DNA of 64,000 nt from a virus (taxonomy: Duplodnaviria; Caudoviricetes), in the IMG/VR virus record IMGVR_UViG_3300046167_000869, positions 1,045 to 65,044 of that record, one strand, 5' to 3'. The position numbers were made by a program, and so were the translations under genes. The stretch's first letter is position 1; each line of letters opens with the position of its first letter. A model generated the notes under the pieces. That model saw only the letters and a program-made list of their open reading frames with translations. It had not been told where the DNA came from and ran no database searches. Of this stretch, positions 52,632-61,253 are shown piece after piece.

Positions 52632-54325
52632 TTAACGTGTTCCTCTAACCACAATGTCAGCGAGTGCTAACAAGGCGTGTGAACAGTGTCTATATAATGG
52701 GTGTGAAGAGTCAATGGTTATTATGTTTTTTCTGAATCCCCATGACGTGAGTCTTGAGCCAAGAATCTTCCACCCCTCATCATATGGGATCATCGAAATG
52801 GGGCGTTGATGCTGGCGCTCAATGTCTTTAATGAGTGGCGCGAGTTCGTCGAGCATGTGCGAGCTTTCGCCCGTGGTCGCTACTGCGTCGATGAGTAGAA
52901 TATTAGGCGCGTAATGCTCAGGCTTTAGCGTGGGGTCTTCCGTTACCCATGCGGGCTCAGGTGCGCTCTCTTGTGCGCTCTCAGGTGCGCTCTCAGGTGC
53001 GCTCTCATGTATCGGCTCAGGTGCGCTCTCTTGTATCGGCTCAGGTGCGCTCTCTTGTATCGGCTCAGGTGCGCTCTCATGTAGCGCTCTCAGGTGCGCT
53101 CTCTTGTATCGGCTCAGGTGCTGTCTCTGCGAAAAGGCCGAAAAAATCATTGGTGCTCATGGGTGGCTCCGGTGTGTCTGTGACTGTGATCAGGCCATAA
53201 TTGATTTTATGGATCACCTCTAAGCGCTCTTTGTTCGCGCTCATGGTGTCTGCTGTGAGATGCTCTGTGTGGGTCGGCATAAGCGGCGCGCGCTTGGGCG
53301 CTCATCACCCCTGTGAGCTCCTGAATAGCCTGCACGCGATCAGCCGCGCGCATTGCTGACAGGCTTTTCCCGTTCCATCGAAAGCGAGGGAGTCTTTGAG
53401 AGGGTCGTTGGTCTTCGGGCAAGGGCTCGCGGTCAGGGAGCCCGTCGGGCGGGTTTGTTTGGCGGTACCATTCCCCGTCCTCATCTAGCTCATCATTTGT
53501 CTCTAGCGCGGGGCGCGCTTCGATCTGGATCACGTTTGACGCCTGCGGCGCCTCTCCCTTGAGCGCGCTCATGAAGGCGCGAACGTCTTTAGAGCTCGGC
53601 TCGGGCGCTGTCACCGTTGCGCGTTGGGCGGCGCGGGTGCAATCATGCCGAAAAGCGCATCCACCATACTTATCACAGCTCTGATAATTGGGCGCGACCT
53701 CGGACCATTCGAGCGCCTGAGATGTGCTCTGCTGCTCACTCACCTCTTCACCTATACGAGCAAGAGGCTCTGCTAACTGAGCGCGGGTGAAGCTGCGTGA
53801 TACAAGCGCCGTCTTTACAGGGCCGCGGGTTGTGCCATAGGAGAGGGTGAACTTGAGAGGCTCATCAAATTCAATCCCTAAGCTTCCGCTCAAGGCCACT
53901 GAAGAATAAATAATCGCCTGTGTGTCTGTCTCTAAATCTTGCTGTGTTTTTGCATAGTTGAGAGACGCTGTGCTTTTATGGTCTATGATTTGATTGGTTG
54001 AAGGATCAATTAAATCAATCCGGCCTCTAACACGCGCCACCCATCCGGGGGGTGTGAGGTCAAATGCCTGCTCTACATGATCAGGCGATACTGAGCCGCC
54101 CGGTGGTAGGTGTCTTAGCATCGCGCGCGCGGTGCCGTCTGTCGGCGCTACGCCATTCATGAGCCATTGCTCTATCTGTTCGTGTATGCGCGTTCCTCGC
54201 TCCGCTGCGGGTGAACTCGGCGGGCGCTCTCCAAGCACGCTGACTCTGAACCATTTACGCTTGCAATCTCGAAAGGTTGAGAGCTGGCTTGGGCTTGTGG
54301 ATACCCACTTTTTACGCTCGATCAT
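52632..54325 (-). CDS. Cas4/RecB-like PD-(D/E)XK exonuclease with Fe-S cysteines and a long C-terminal extension (probably one gene, indels near 53270 and 53083)
   Basis: SPSQL..FRDC.RKW, GTRIH, GRID, IIDHKS, Q..IY and CDKYGGCAFRHDC. The downstream frames join through the ESAPEP repeats. Confidence 0.8.
52956..53124. repeat. 12-bp unit tandem repeat encoding ESAP/EPIQ
   Basis: 14 units such as ctcaggtgcgct and ctcttgtatcgg; one 13-bp unit shifts the frame. Confidence 0.92.
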
Positions 54326-54533
54326 GTGGCTCCTCCCCTCTATAGGAACTAGGGAGCGTCGCGAGATAGCCGTTAAACAGGCTCTCTAGGGCGCTTACGC
54401 ATCCTCCCAACATCAAAGGACTCACCTCTTGCGCGTTGTCTTTGAGTAGGTTGATTTGATGCTGGATCTCATGGAGTAGGTGAGCGCGTGTCTCTTTAAT
54501 AGACGGTTGTTGGTTTTTAGGTGAGTTGCTCAT
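54312..54533 (-). CDS. Hypothetical protein
   Basis: Fills the gap between and overlaps both neighbours in the leftward operon. Confidence 0.55.
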   Translation of the reverse strand: MSNSPKNQQPSIKETRAHLLHEIQHQINLLKDNAQEVSPLMLGGCVSALESLFNGYLATLPSSYRGEEPHDRA

Positions 54534-54774
54534 GATTTTTTAACCTTTCGATCTCTCGGCGGAGATACCAAAGCGCTTTATTTAAGTCTTCAAGCTCTCG
54601 CGCTGGATCTTTAAGGCCCGCGCGTGCGATGTATTTAACGGTGTTCCCTCGGTTGAAATTAAGCCCCCATGCTTCAATGACCTCTATGGCCTCGATGGTG
54701 TCCCTGTGGTAATGAGGGGGGTGCTCTACGCGCTCAGAACGCGCGAGCTCTTCAACGAATTGCGCTTTTGTCAT
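54517..54774 (-). CDS. DUF3310-family protein
   Basis: VEHPPHY, IEAIEVI, FNRGNTVKYIARAG.K and EDLNKALWYL. Confidence 0.9.
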   Translation of the reverse strand: MTKAQFVEELARSERVEHPPHYHRDTIEAIEVIEAWGLNFNRGNTVKYIARAGLKDPARELEDLNKALWYLRREIERLKNHEQLT

Positions 54775-54792
54775 TTGCTCATCTTTCGTCCT

Positions 54793-54856
54793 CGGTTATT
54801 TGAGATTCATTAAATAACCGCTTGACAGTGGCGAAGTCAAGCGCTTATTTTGAATC
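54793..54856. promoter_or_regulatory. Symmetric divergent promoter/operator region
   Basis: Inverted repeat aaataaccgcttgac-N9-gtcaagcgcttattt places TTGAC(A/T) on both strands between divergent operons. Confidence 0.6.
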
Positions 54857-54888
54857 CCCTCTCCACCCTAGCTAAAAGTGAGTCACTC

Positions 54889-57468
54889 ATGATTCTAGGC
54901 GCTCTCCCTATCTCCTATTATCCCGCTCATCGAAGGTACGCGCCGCCGCGCGCGTGGCGACCCGGTGAAGCACACCCTAACTCAATGAAAACACTCGACT
55001 TTAGAGAAGCGCTCTCTAAGGATTGGTGCGCTGTCACTAACAACGCTCAAGAGGTCTGGCTCTACCCTCTCGCCGCTCAAGGCGGTGATGTCCTGAGACC
55101 TTCTAAGCAAGGCTCACCTGATATCATCAAGCGCGAGCTCAACATAGATCTCTTTGTCTCAGGTGTCCTGATCGACCTCGACGACCGAGGCGCCCACGGT
55201 GACGACTCGGCGCGCTCCGGCGAAGAGTTTTTTAACACGGTTGAGCGCGTGCTCACTCCGCTGATGAGCCTGCCGGGTGCGTGTTATTATCGCACCTTAC
55301 GCGGCGCGCGGGTGGGGCTCATCTTTGCTCAACCTGTAAATCTCGCGCTAGGTGAGCGCGCGCGGCGCGGGTTCTTTGCTCAAGTAGAGAGCATGTTTGA
55401 GGCTCATGAGTCTGTAGAGGTAGACCGCGCAAGTATCGAGGTTTCAAGAGGTTTCGCCGCTCCTATGATCTACAAGCGCGGTGAGCGGATCACAAGCGCT
55501 CAAGCTCAGCTCAGGCTACATGAGAGAGACACGCCTTACGCGTACATTGAAAAGCTCGCTGAGTATTGGACAGAACAGCTCAAACAAGTGAGCCAAAGCG
55601 CGGCAGACAGTGAGCGCCGACCGAAGGCGGCCCAGAGCGCGACAGCGCGGGAGGGCGCCGGAGGTCAAGCCGCACGCGCGCCGAAGGGGGATAAGAAACC
55701 GGCTGTGATCATCCCGCACGATCTACAGACACGCGAGCTTGACCGCTCGCAGGCACATGATCTCTTCAGAGGCTCAGTCTTCAAGCTCTCTCATTGGGTA
55801 CAGGACGAGGCTCTGTTAAGAGACCTGAGCACCGTTCTAGATCGCCACCTATGCGCCGGTAGACGTGCCGAAGGTGGCGAGCTCACGCGCTACGTCGATC
55901 AGGCCCTAGACCTCGCGACCATCCACGAGGATGTACAGATAGCGGAAGGGATCGCACCACCTACACCAGTTGACCTGCTCGATTTTCCCGAGCTTCAGCC
56001 CTTGCGCCGCGCCTTCTCAGCGCCTCTCGATGATCTCAAAATCGCTCAAGCCGTACTCGAATCAATGGGCGATGAGCCCGCCCCGATATGGCATGGTGAA
56101 GGGCTCCGACGTTATGAGCATGAGCGCGGGATATGGCAGCTTTACAGGCCCAGCAGGCTAGAGCGCATCTTCCTCAAGTTGGAGGGCGCGCAGTACGAGA
56201 ACGATAAAGGCGAGTGGCGCCCCATCGCGATCAACAACAAACTGATCACAGGAGGCGTCAAGATGCTCGCGAGCGTTAGCGGCGCAGGGGAGACCGAGAC
56301 GCCGTTTGACAGCGCGCCTATGGGCGTGGTGTTAGGTGCACACTTTATCAGCGCGAGCTTGACAGGGCTCAAAGTACAACCGCGCGGGCCTCAGTTCTAC
56401 GCGATTCACGCGCTTGATTATGAGCTCTCACCTCAACTGTTATCCTATTGGGAGGATGAGGACACAGGCGCAGAGCCACGCGAGCCCACGACGTTTACGC
56501 GCTCATTCCTCGCGCGCTCTCTTTACCGCGCCCCAGAGGACGATGAGACAGAGCAGACTATTAGAGACGAGATCAACGCCAAGATCATCACTATTGGTGA
56601 ATGGTTAGGGCTCGCGCTACTCGGGATGTGCACACGCGAAGCTACCGCGCTTGTAGCACACGGTCCCGGCTCCAATGGCAAGAGCGTTTTAGCCTCTCTC
56701 ATCTCTGATCTCTTCGGGGCAGAACGCACCGCGCACTTAGCGCCGCAGGCGATGAAAGAGCGCTTTAGTAGAGCTCAGCTCTTCGGCGCGGCTGTGAATG
56801 TGGTCTCTGAGATGCCTGAGTCTGATCTGTTAGAGTCAGACACTATCAAGGCCATGATATCCGGTGACGCAATCACGGTTGAGAACAAAGGGGAGAAGCC
56901 ATTTAGGATGATCCCTAGAGCCGCTCACTTTTTCGCGGCTAACACATTACCAGCGTCAAGAGATAGGTCTCATGGTCTATGGCGCCGGTTGATCCCTATC
57001 GAGTTCCATCACATCTTCACCCGCGCAGACAGAGACCCTGATCTGCTCGATAAGCTCAGGACAGAGTATGATTTACTCGTCCCGTGGGCGCTCAACGCGG
57101 CGCGTCAATACATCGAGCGCGGAGGCTATAAGCACCAAGACCACATTGAACAGTGGCGCGGTAAGTGGCGACGTGAGACAGACTCAATCAGCGCGTTCAT
57201 TGACGCGCGCTGTGAGATGCTCACATCACCCCACGACGAAGACGCGCTAGACTCAGAGACCCTATGGCAGCGCTTCAGAACTTACGCTGAAGACGTAGGG
57301 CAGACAGGCGCCGCGCGCATGAGCCTTGTAGCCTTCGGGCGCTCTCTTGCCTCACAGCCGGATCTTATTAAAGCGCGCAAACGCAAGGGCGGGCGCCAAC
57401 TGACATTCTACAACCTCAAACTCAAAGACACCGCGCCCCCGAAGCGCGACACATGGAGCATCCGATGA
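54889..57468 (+). CDS. Primase-helicase (AEP-like N-terminus, D5/P4-type SF3 helicase, C-terminal winged helix)
   Basis: LIDLDD, GPGSNGKS Walker A, VVSE, IKAMISGD, FAANTLP and GLWRRLIPIEF. Confidence 0.88.
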   Translation: MILGALPISYYPAHRRYAPPRAWRPGEAHPNSMKTLDFREALSKDWCAVTNNAQEVWLYPLAAQGGDVLRPSKQGSPDIIKRELNIDLFVSGVLIDLDDRGAHGDDSARSGEEFFNTVERVLTPLMSLPGACYYRTLRGARVGLIFAQPVNLALGERARRGFFAQVESMFEAHESVEVDRASIEVSRGFAAPMIYKRGERITSAQAQLRLHERDTPYAYIEKLAEYWTEQLKQVSQSAADSERRPKAAQSATAREGAGGQAARAPKGDKKPAVIIPHDLQTRELDRSQAHDLFRGSVFKLSHWVQDEALLRDLSTVLDRHLCAGRRAEGGELTRYVDQALDLATIHEDVQIAEGIAPPTPVDLLDFPELQPLRRAFSAPLDDLKIAQAVLESMGDEPAPIWHGEGLRRYEHERGIWQLYRPSRLERIFLKLEGAQYENDKGEWRPIAINNKLITGGVKMLASVSGAGETETPFDSAPMGVVLGAHFISASLTGLKVQPRGPQFYAIHALDYELSPQLLSYWEDEDTGAEPREPTTFTRSFLARSLYRAPEDDETEQTIRDEINAKIITIGEWLGLALLGMCTREATALVAHGPGSNGKSVLASLISDLFGAERTAHLAPQAMKERFSRAQLFGAAVNVVSEMPESDLLESDTIKAMISGDAITVENKGEKPFRMIPRAAHFFAANTLPASRDRSHGLWRRLIPIEFHHIFTRADRDPDLLDKLRTEYDLLVPWALNAARQYIERGGYKHQDHIEQWRGKWRRETDSISAFIDARCEMLTSPHDEDALDSETLWQRFRTYAEDVGQTGAARMSLVAFGRSLASQPDLIKARKRKGGRQLTFYNLKLKDTAPPKRDTWSIR

Positions 57469-58179
57469 CAGAGACACCTTTACCCCCTGAGCAACATCAG
57501 TGTTAAACTCGTGGATTACTACGGATGCGACCGGCGCCCCGTGTTGGCCGCCAGAGTCTCAACGCTTCTCGATGACATGGAGCCTGATCAAGAGCGTGAT
57601 CTCAAGCTTGCGAAATATCTCTTAGAGCATGGACACACGAGCCCTTATGAGCACTGCGGCGCTACCTTCATCATCGAGGCGCCTATCTATGCCGCGCGCC
57701 AGATCATGAGACACCGCACCTTCAGCTACAACGAGATGAGCCGCCGTTACACCTCTGATGACGTGAGCTTTTACGCCCCCCAACACCTCTATCAGCAGCA
57801 TGAGCGCCGCTTACAATGTAGCTCTCATGCCACATTAGAGCCCGCTCAGGAGCTCGCTTTACTTGATTCCCTTGAGGCGCACTATCAACGCTCACTTGAG
57901 CTCTATCACGATATGTTAGAGAAGGGCGTGAGCCGAGAGCAGGCGCGTTTAACGCTTCCCGTCGCTCAGATGACTAAGTTTTATATGTCGGGTAACTTGT
58001 TAAATTATATCAAGTTTCTCAAGCTACGCCTTGATCACCACTCACAGCGCGAGACGCGCCTAGTAGCTCACGCCATGTACCTGCACCTCTCTCAGTGCTT
58101 CCCTGTTATCATGAAATTATGTGCAGATCTTGGGCTTTTAGGGCACGCGCTACAAAAACAAGAAGAGGAGACACCTTGA
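57465..58179 (+). CDS. thyX: Flavin-dependent thymidylate synthase (indel near 57485)
   Basis: GHTSPYEH, RQIMRHRTFSYNEMSRRY (RHR-X7-S), REQAR and LRLDHHSQRE. Confidence 0.95.
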
Positions 58180-58400
58180 CGCTTACAGACACACTCAGCA
58201 GGCTCAAAGAGCTTCTCGTTGACCAGACCACACACACAGAAGCCGAAGCGTTAAGCGCTGAGCTTTATTATGAGATCGAACGCGCCGTAAAAGAGAGCGT
58301 ACATCAACAGCAGTCCGCAGCAATTCTAAAACGCATCGAGGCCGCGAGAGATTTAGGGATGCTCGCGGCGCGTGAGGCCGCGCGTGAGCCCGATGAGTAA
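58176..58400 (+). CDS. Hypothetical protein
   Basis: TTG start overlapping the thyX stop, with a GAGGAG RBS. Confidence 0.55.
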   Translation: MTLTDTLSRLKELLVDQTTHTEAEALSAELYYEIERAVKESVHQQQSAAILKRIEAARDLGMLAAREAAREPDE

Positions 58401-58542
58401 CGAGGCTGAGCGACTACGCGCCGAGGTCGCGCGCATGACGCGCCGCGTTGAGCATGAGCTCGCGCGTCCGGGGTATGTTTCATGTGAAACAAAACGAGCG
58501 TTCAACGCGCTGAAGAAGAGGATACATGACACAGACACATGA
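58393..58542 (+). CDS. Small hypothetical protein (49 aa) not in the ORF track
   Basis: MSNEAERLRAEVARM...; overlaps both neighbours. Confidence 0.4.
   Translation: MSNEAERLRAEVARMTRRVEHELARPGYVSCETKRAFNALKKRIHDTDT
58476..58491. other. parS-like centromere site
   Basis: TGTTTCATGTGAAACA, one mismatch from the palindromic bacterial parS TGTTTCACGTGAAACA. Confidence 0.65.
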
Positions 58543-58814
58543 GGAGCGTTTAGCGTGGCAGCGGGACTATGAACGCCGCCCCGAGGTACGCGCGCGAAAA
58601 CGCGCACAGAGACAAGCCGAGCAAGCGCCGCGCGTTAGCCGCAGAGACACCTACCGAGCGAGCGGAGCGCCTCGCCTATCAAAGTTGGTACGCCCGAGAG
58701 CGTCGCGCGCAAGAGACACCGACCGAGCGAGCGGAGCGCCTCGCGAAACGCCGCGCGTATTATCGCGCTAGAAAAAACAAGAGCGAGACGCGTATTATCG
58801 CGCCCCGCTCATGA
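58526..58814 (+). CDS. Basic protein with 23-aa STPR-like repeats (one indel near 58620)
   Basis: GAGG RBS and MTQTHEERLA start joining to ETPTERAERLA x2 with a 69-bp period (58643 and 58712). Confidence 0.6.
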
Positions 58815-58932
58815 TCTATCTATCACCCCACCGTATCGCTCTCTCCAGCGCGAAAGGCAGAGCCCATATTTAACATAGCCTTATATGTGTTACAATAGCC
58901 GGAACCACAAATAACGGGAGGTAGTCAAGCAC

Positions 58933-59787
58933 ATGAGACCCCCGCTCACGCCCCGAATGAGAGAGCGCCGGCTCACTATCGTTCTTCTCGATTTGATAGG
59001 CTCTACGGCTTTTGTGGAGCGTGTAGGGCCTATGCGCGCGGCGCAATGGCTCCAATATCATGATCGTCTTGCACGCGGGCTTATTTATCGCTATCAAGGA
59101 CGCGAGATAGACCGCTCAGATGGTTTCCTGCTCAGCTTTGAGCGCCCCATTGACGCGCTCAATTTTGCGCTCGCGTATCAAATCCAGATCCCTCCAAAAA
59201 CCTATCTGAAAACCCGAATTGGGATACACGTTGGCGCAGTCGTAGAGATTATACAACATGAGCTCGATGTGATGATTGGTGTTAAACCCGTAGAGCTGGA
59301 GGGCATCTCAAAGAATATAGCCGCGCGCACTATGAGCTTATGTGGCCCCGGTCAGGTACTCTTGACCGAAGCCGCCTACAAAGCGGTGCGAGGGAGAGCT
59401 AACGCCCACACGCCCAGCGGCACGCGCTACGCGCTTGCAGGTCTCTACGCCTTTAAGGGCGTCGCAGAGCCTCAGATCATTTACACGGTAGGTGTCACCA
59501 CGGAGAGCCTACAGCCTCCACTATCGACCGAGAAGGCGCGGCGCGTCGGGGGCCCGAAAAAAATCAAGAGCCGGCTCAGCCACATGAGAGCGCTAGAGCT
59601 CGCAGAGTGGGGCCTTTATCGCGCGGTAATGATCACCTCTATAATCTACCTCTATATTTTCACAAGGTGGATCGCGCGACCATCAGCGCGGCGTTATTGG
59701 GGTATTGACCACGCCCCGTTTACATGGATTGATCATGTGAGTGAGGCGCTGCACTACATCATTGAGACTCTGATTTCGGGAGGCTAG
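58933..59787 (+). CDS. Class III nucleotidyl (adenylate/guanylate-type) cyclase with a C-terminal TM helix
   Basis: LLDLIGST (Asp1), EIDRSDGFL (Asp2), RIGIHVG, KNIAAR (Asn/Arg), PGQVLLT and FKGV; GGGAGG RBS. Confidence 0.88.
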   Translation: MRPPLTPRMRERRLTIVLLDLIGSTAFVERVGPMRAAQWLQYHDRLARGLIYRYQGREIDRSDGFLLSFERPIDALNFALAYQIQIPPKTYLKTRIGIHVGAVVEIIQHELDVMIGVKPVELEGISKNIAARTMSLCGPGQVLLTEAAYKAVRGRANAHTPSGTRYALAGLYAFKGVAEPQIIYTVGVTTESLQPPLSTEKARRVGGPKKIKSRLSHMRALELAEWGLYRAVMITSIIYLYIFTRWIARPSARRYWGIDHAPFTWIDHVSEALHYIIETLISGG

Positions 59788-59791
59788 ACAC

Positions 59792-60301
59792 ATGACACAG
59801 GCAGAGAGCGCGAGCTCACAGACAGAGAGCGCGAGCTCACAGACAGAGAGCGCAGAGAGCGCGAACTCACTCACTCTCACTGAGCTCAAAGCGCGGCGAG
59901 GGTGGCTGTTTAGCGTGATCTATCTAGGGCTCATCTTAGGGCTCATCTTTTTTCTCTCCTTCGTTGAGATCGTGGAGAAAAACCGCGATGTTTTAGTAGG
60001 GATTCTTGGTGTGCTCACAGGCTCGATCTCTTCAATGATCGCGGTAGCGTCAGGGCGCGACCCCGCAGAGATCGAGGAGCTTAAAGGGGAGCTCAGCTCA
60101 CAGCAGGCAGACCGCGCCGCGCTCATCGCTCGACTACGAGACGCCCAGATCAGCCTTCAGCTCAAGAGCGATCAGGTCACGCAACTACAAACGCTCATGA
60201 TCTCAGAGCTCGCACAGCTTAGAGCGCGACAGCTTACAGAGAGTGACGTTGAGCTTGATCCCCACATAAAAGCGTGGCTTCCTGATGAGGAGAAAAAATA
60301 A
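59792..60301 (+). CDS. Two-TM membrane protein with a C-terminal coiled coil
   Basis: WLFSVIYLGLILGLIFFLSFV and VLVGILGVLTGSISSMIAVA; N-terminal ESASSQT repeats (21-bp unit); starts 4 bp after the cyclase. Confidence 0.8.
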   Translation: MTQAESASSQTESASSQTESAESANSLTLTELKARRGWLFSVIYLGLILGLIFFLSFVEIVEKNRDVLVGILGVLTGSISSMIAVASGRDPAEIEELKGELSSQQADRAALIARLRDAQISLQLKSDQVTQLQTLMISELAQLRARQLTESDVELDPHIKAWLPDEEKK

Positions 60302-60419
60302 GAATGAGTGAAATGAGCGCGGCTGTTAAAAAATGCATTCAGGGTGTCTCGGGCTAAATGGTTTTGTAGCGCCGCGCTCTAAAGACAAATACCACACCGC
60401 AGAGAAGGAAAACAGAAAA

Positions 60420-60881
60420 ATGAAAACACAACACCTCAGAGCCCGCATGCGCCAAGCTCAGGCGCTCTCAGAGCTCAGCTCATGCACACGGCGCAAAGTA
60501 GGCGCGCTGATCCTCGACCCCAGTACGATGAGCATCATCTCAGATGGATATAATGGCCCGCCGCGCAAAGGCCCCCGTGCTTGTGGTGGTGATGTATGCC
60601 TACGTGATCAGCTCAAGATCAGGAGCGGAGAGCAACCCGCGCTAGGCTGCTATCACGCAGAGCATAACGCAATCTTAAACGCCGCCCGACATGGCGCGCG
60701 GACATTAGGTACATTCATGATCTGTACAACAGCGCCTTGTGAGAGTTGCGCTAAGGCGATTTACCACGCGGGTGTTACTCACCTGTATGTGCCCGAAGAC
60801 TCTTACACCACCGCCGCCGGTCTTGATTTCTTGGAATCTTACGGCGTTCAGGTTTCATGTATTACCGTAGGTAATACATGA
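60420..60881 (+). CDS. dCMP deaminase
   Basis: SCTRRKVGA, GYNG, HAEHNA and PCESC zinc motifs. Confidence 0.93.
   Translation: MKTQHLRARMRQAQALSELSSCTRRKVGALILDPSTMSIISDGYNGPPRKGPRACGGDVCLRDQLKIRSGEQPALGCYHAEHNAILNAARHGARTLGTFMICTTAPCESCAKAIYHAGVTHLYVPEDSYTTAAGLDFLESYGVQVSCITVGNT
60855..60881. repeat. Perfect 12-bp hairpin with a GTA triloop
   Basis: tcatgtattacc-gta-ggtaatacatga. Confidence 0.85.
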
Positions 60882-60900
60882 TATTTGAAGAGTTGTCAAG

Positions 60901-61223
60901 GTGTGCAGGATGTGTGCAGGATGTGTGCAGGATATTTGCACCTATCCTGCACGGCCTATCACTTTGATATTGCTATAGTTTCTGAAGAGTGTGCAGGATG
61001 TGTAAGATAAATGACAACTCTTACATGAGAGTGCAGAGAAGAACGCTTCAGAAATGACACAGTGACTCAGACACACAGCGTAAATACACACACATATATA
61101 TAAAGAAATGCCAGATATCCTGCACATCCTGCACACACATAGAAAAGTGCAGAGATATCAAAGGGATAGACCGTGCAGGATGCCTGCATCCATCCTGCAC
61201 ACATCCTGCACACATCCTGCACA
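60901..61223. other. Putative replication origin: about 110-bp imperfect inverted repeat built from TGTGCAGGA iterons
   Basis: The left arm (gtgtgcaggat)x3... mirrors the right arm ...(atcctgcacac)x3 around an AT-richer spacer; the region is intergenic. Confidence 0.75.
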
Positions 61224-61253
61224 GACCCGACACACCCCAAAGGAGACAAACCC

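Noticed and set aside
52956-53124. CRISPR mini-array beside a Cas4-like gene
   Set aside because: The units are contiguous 12-bp coding repeats with no unique spacers, and no other cas genes are present.
60901-61223. CRISPR array or short ORFs (60942-61255 on -, 61173 extension on +)
   Set aside because: The repeats are 11 bp and inverted, and the Cys/Val-rich ORFs are translations of the repeats.
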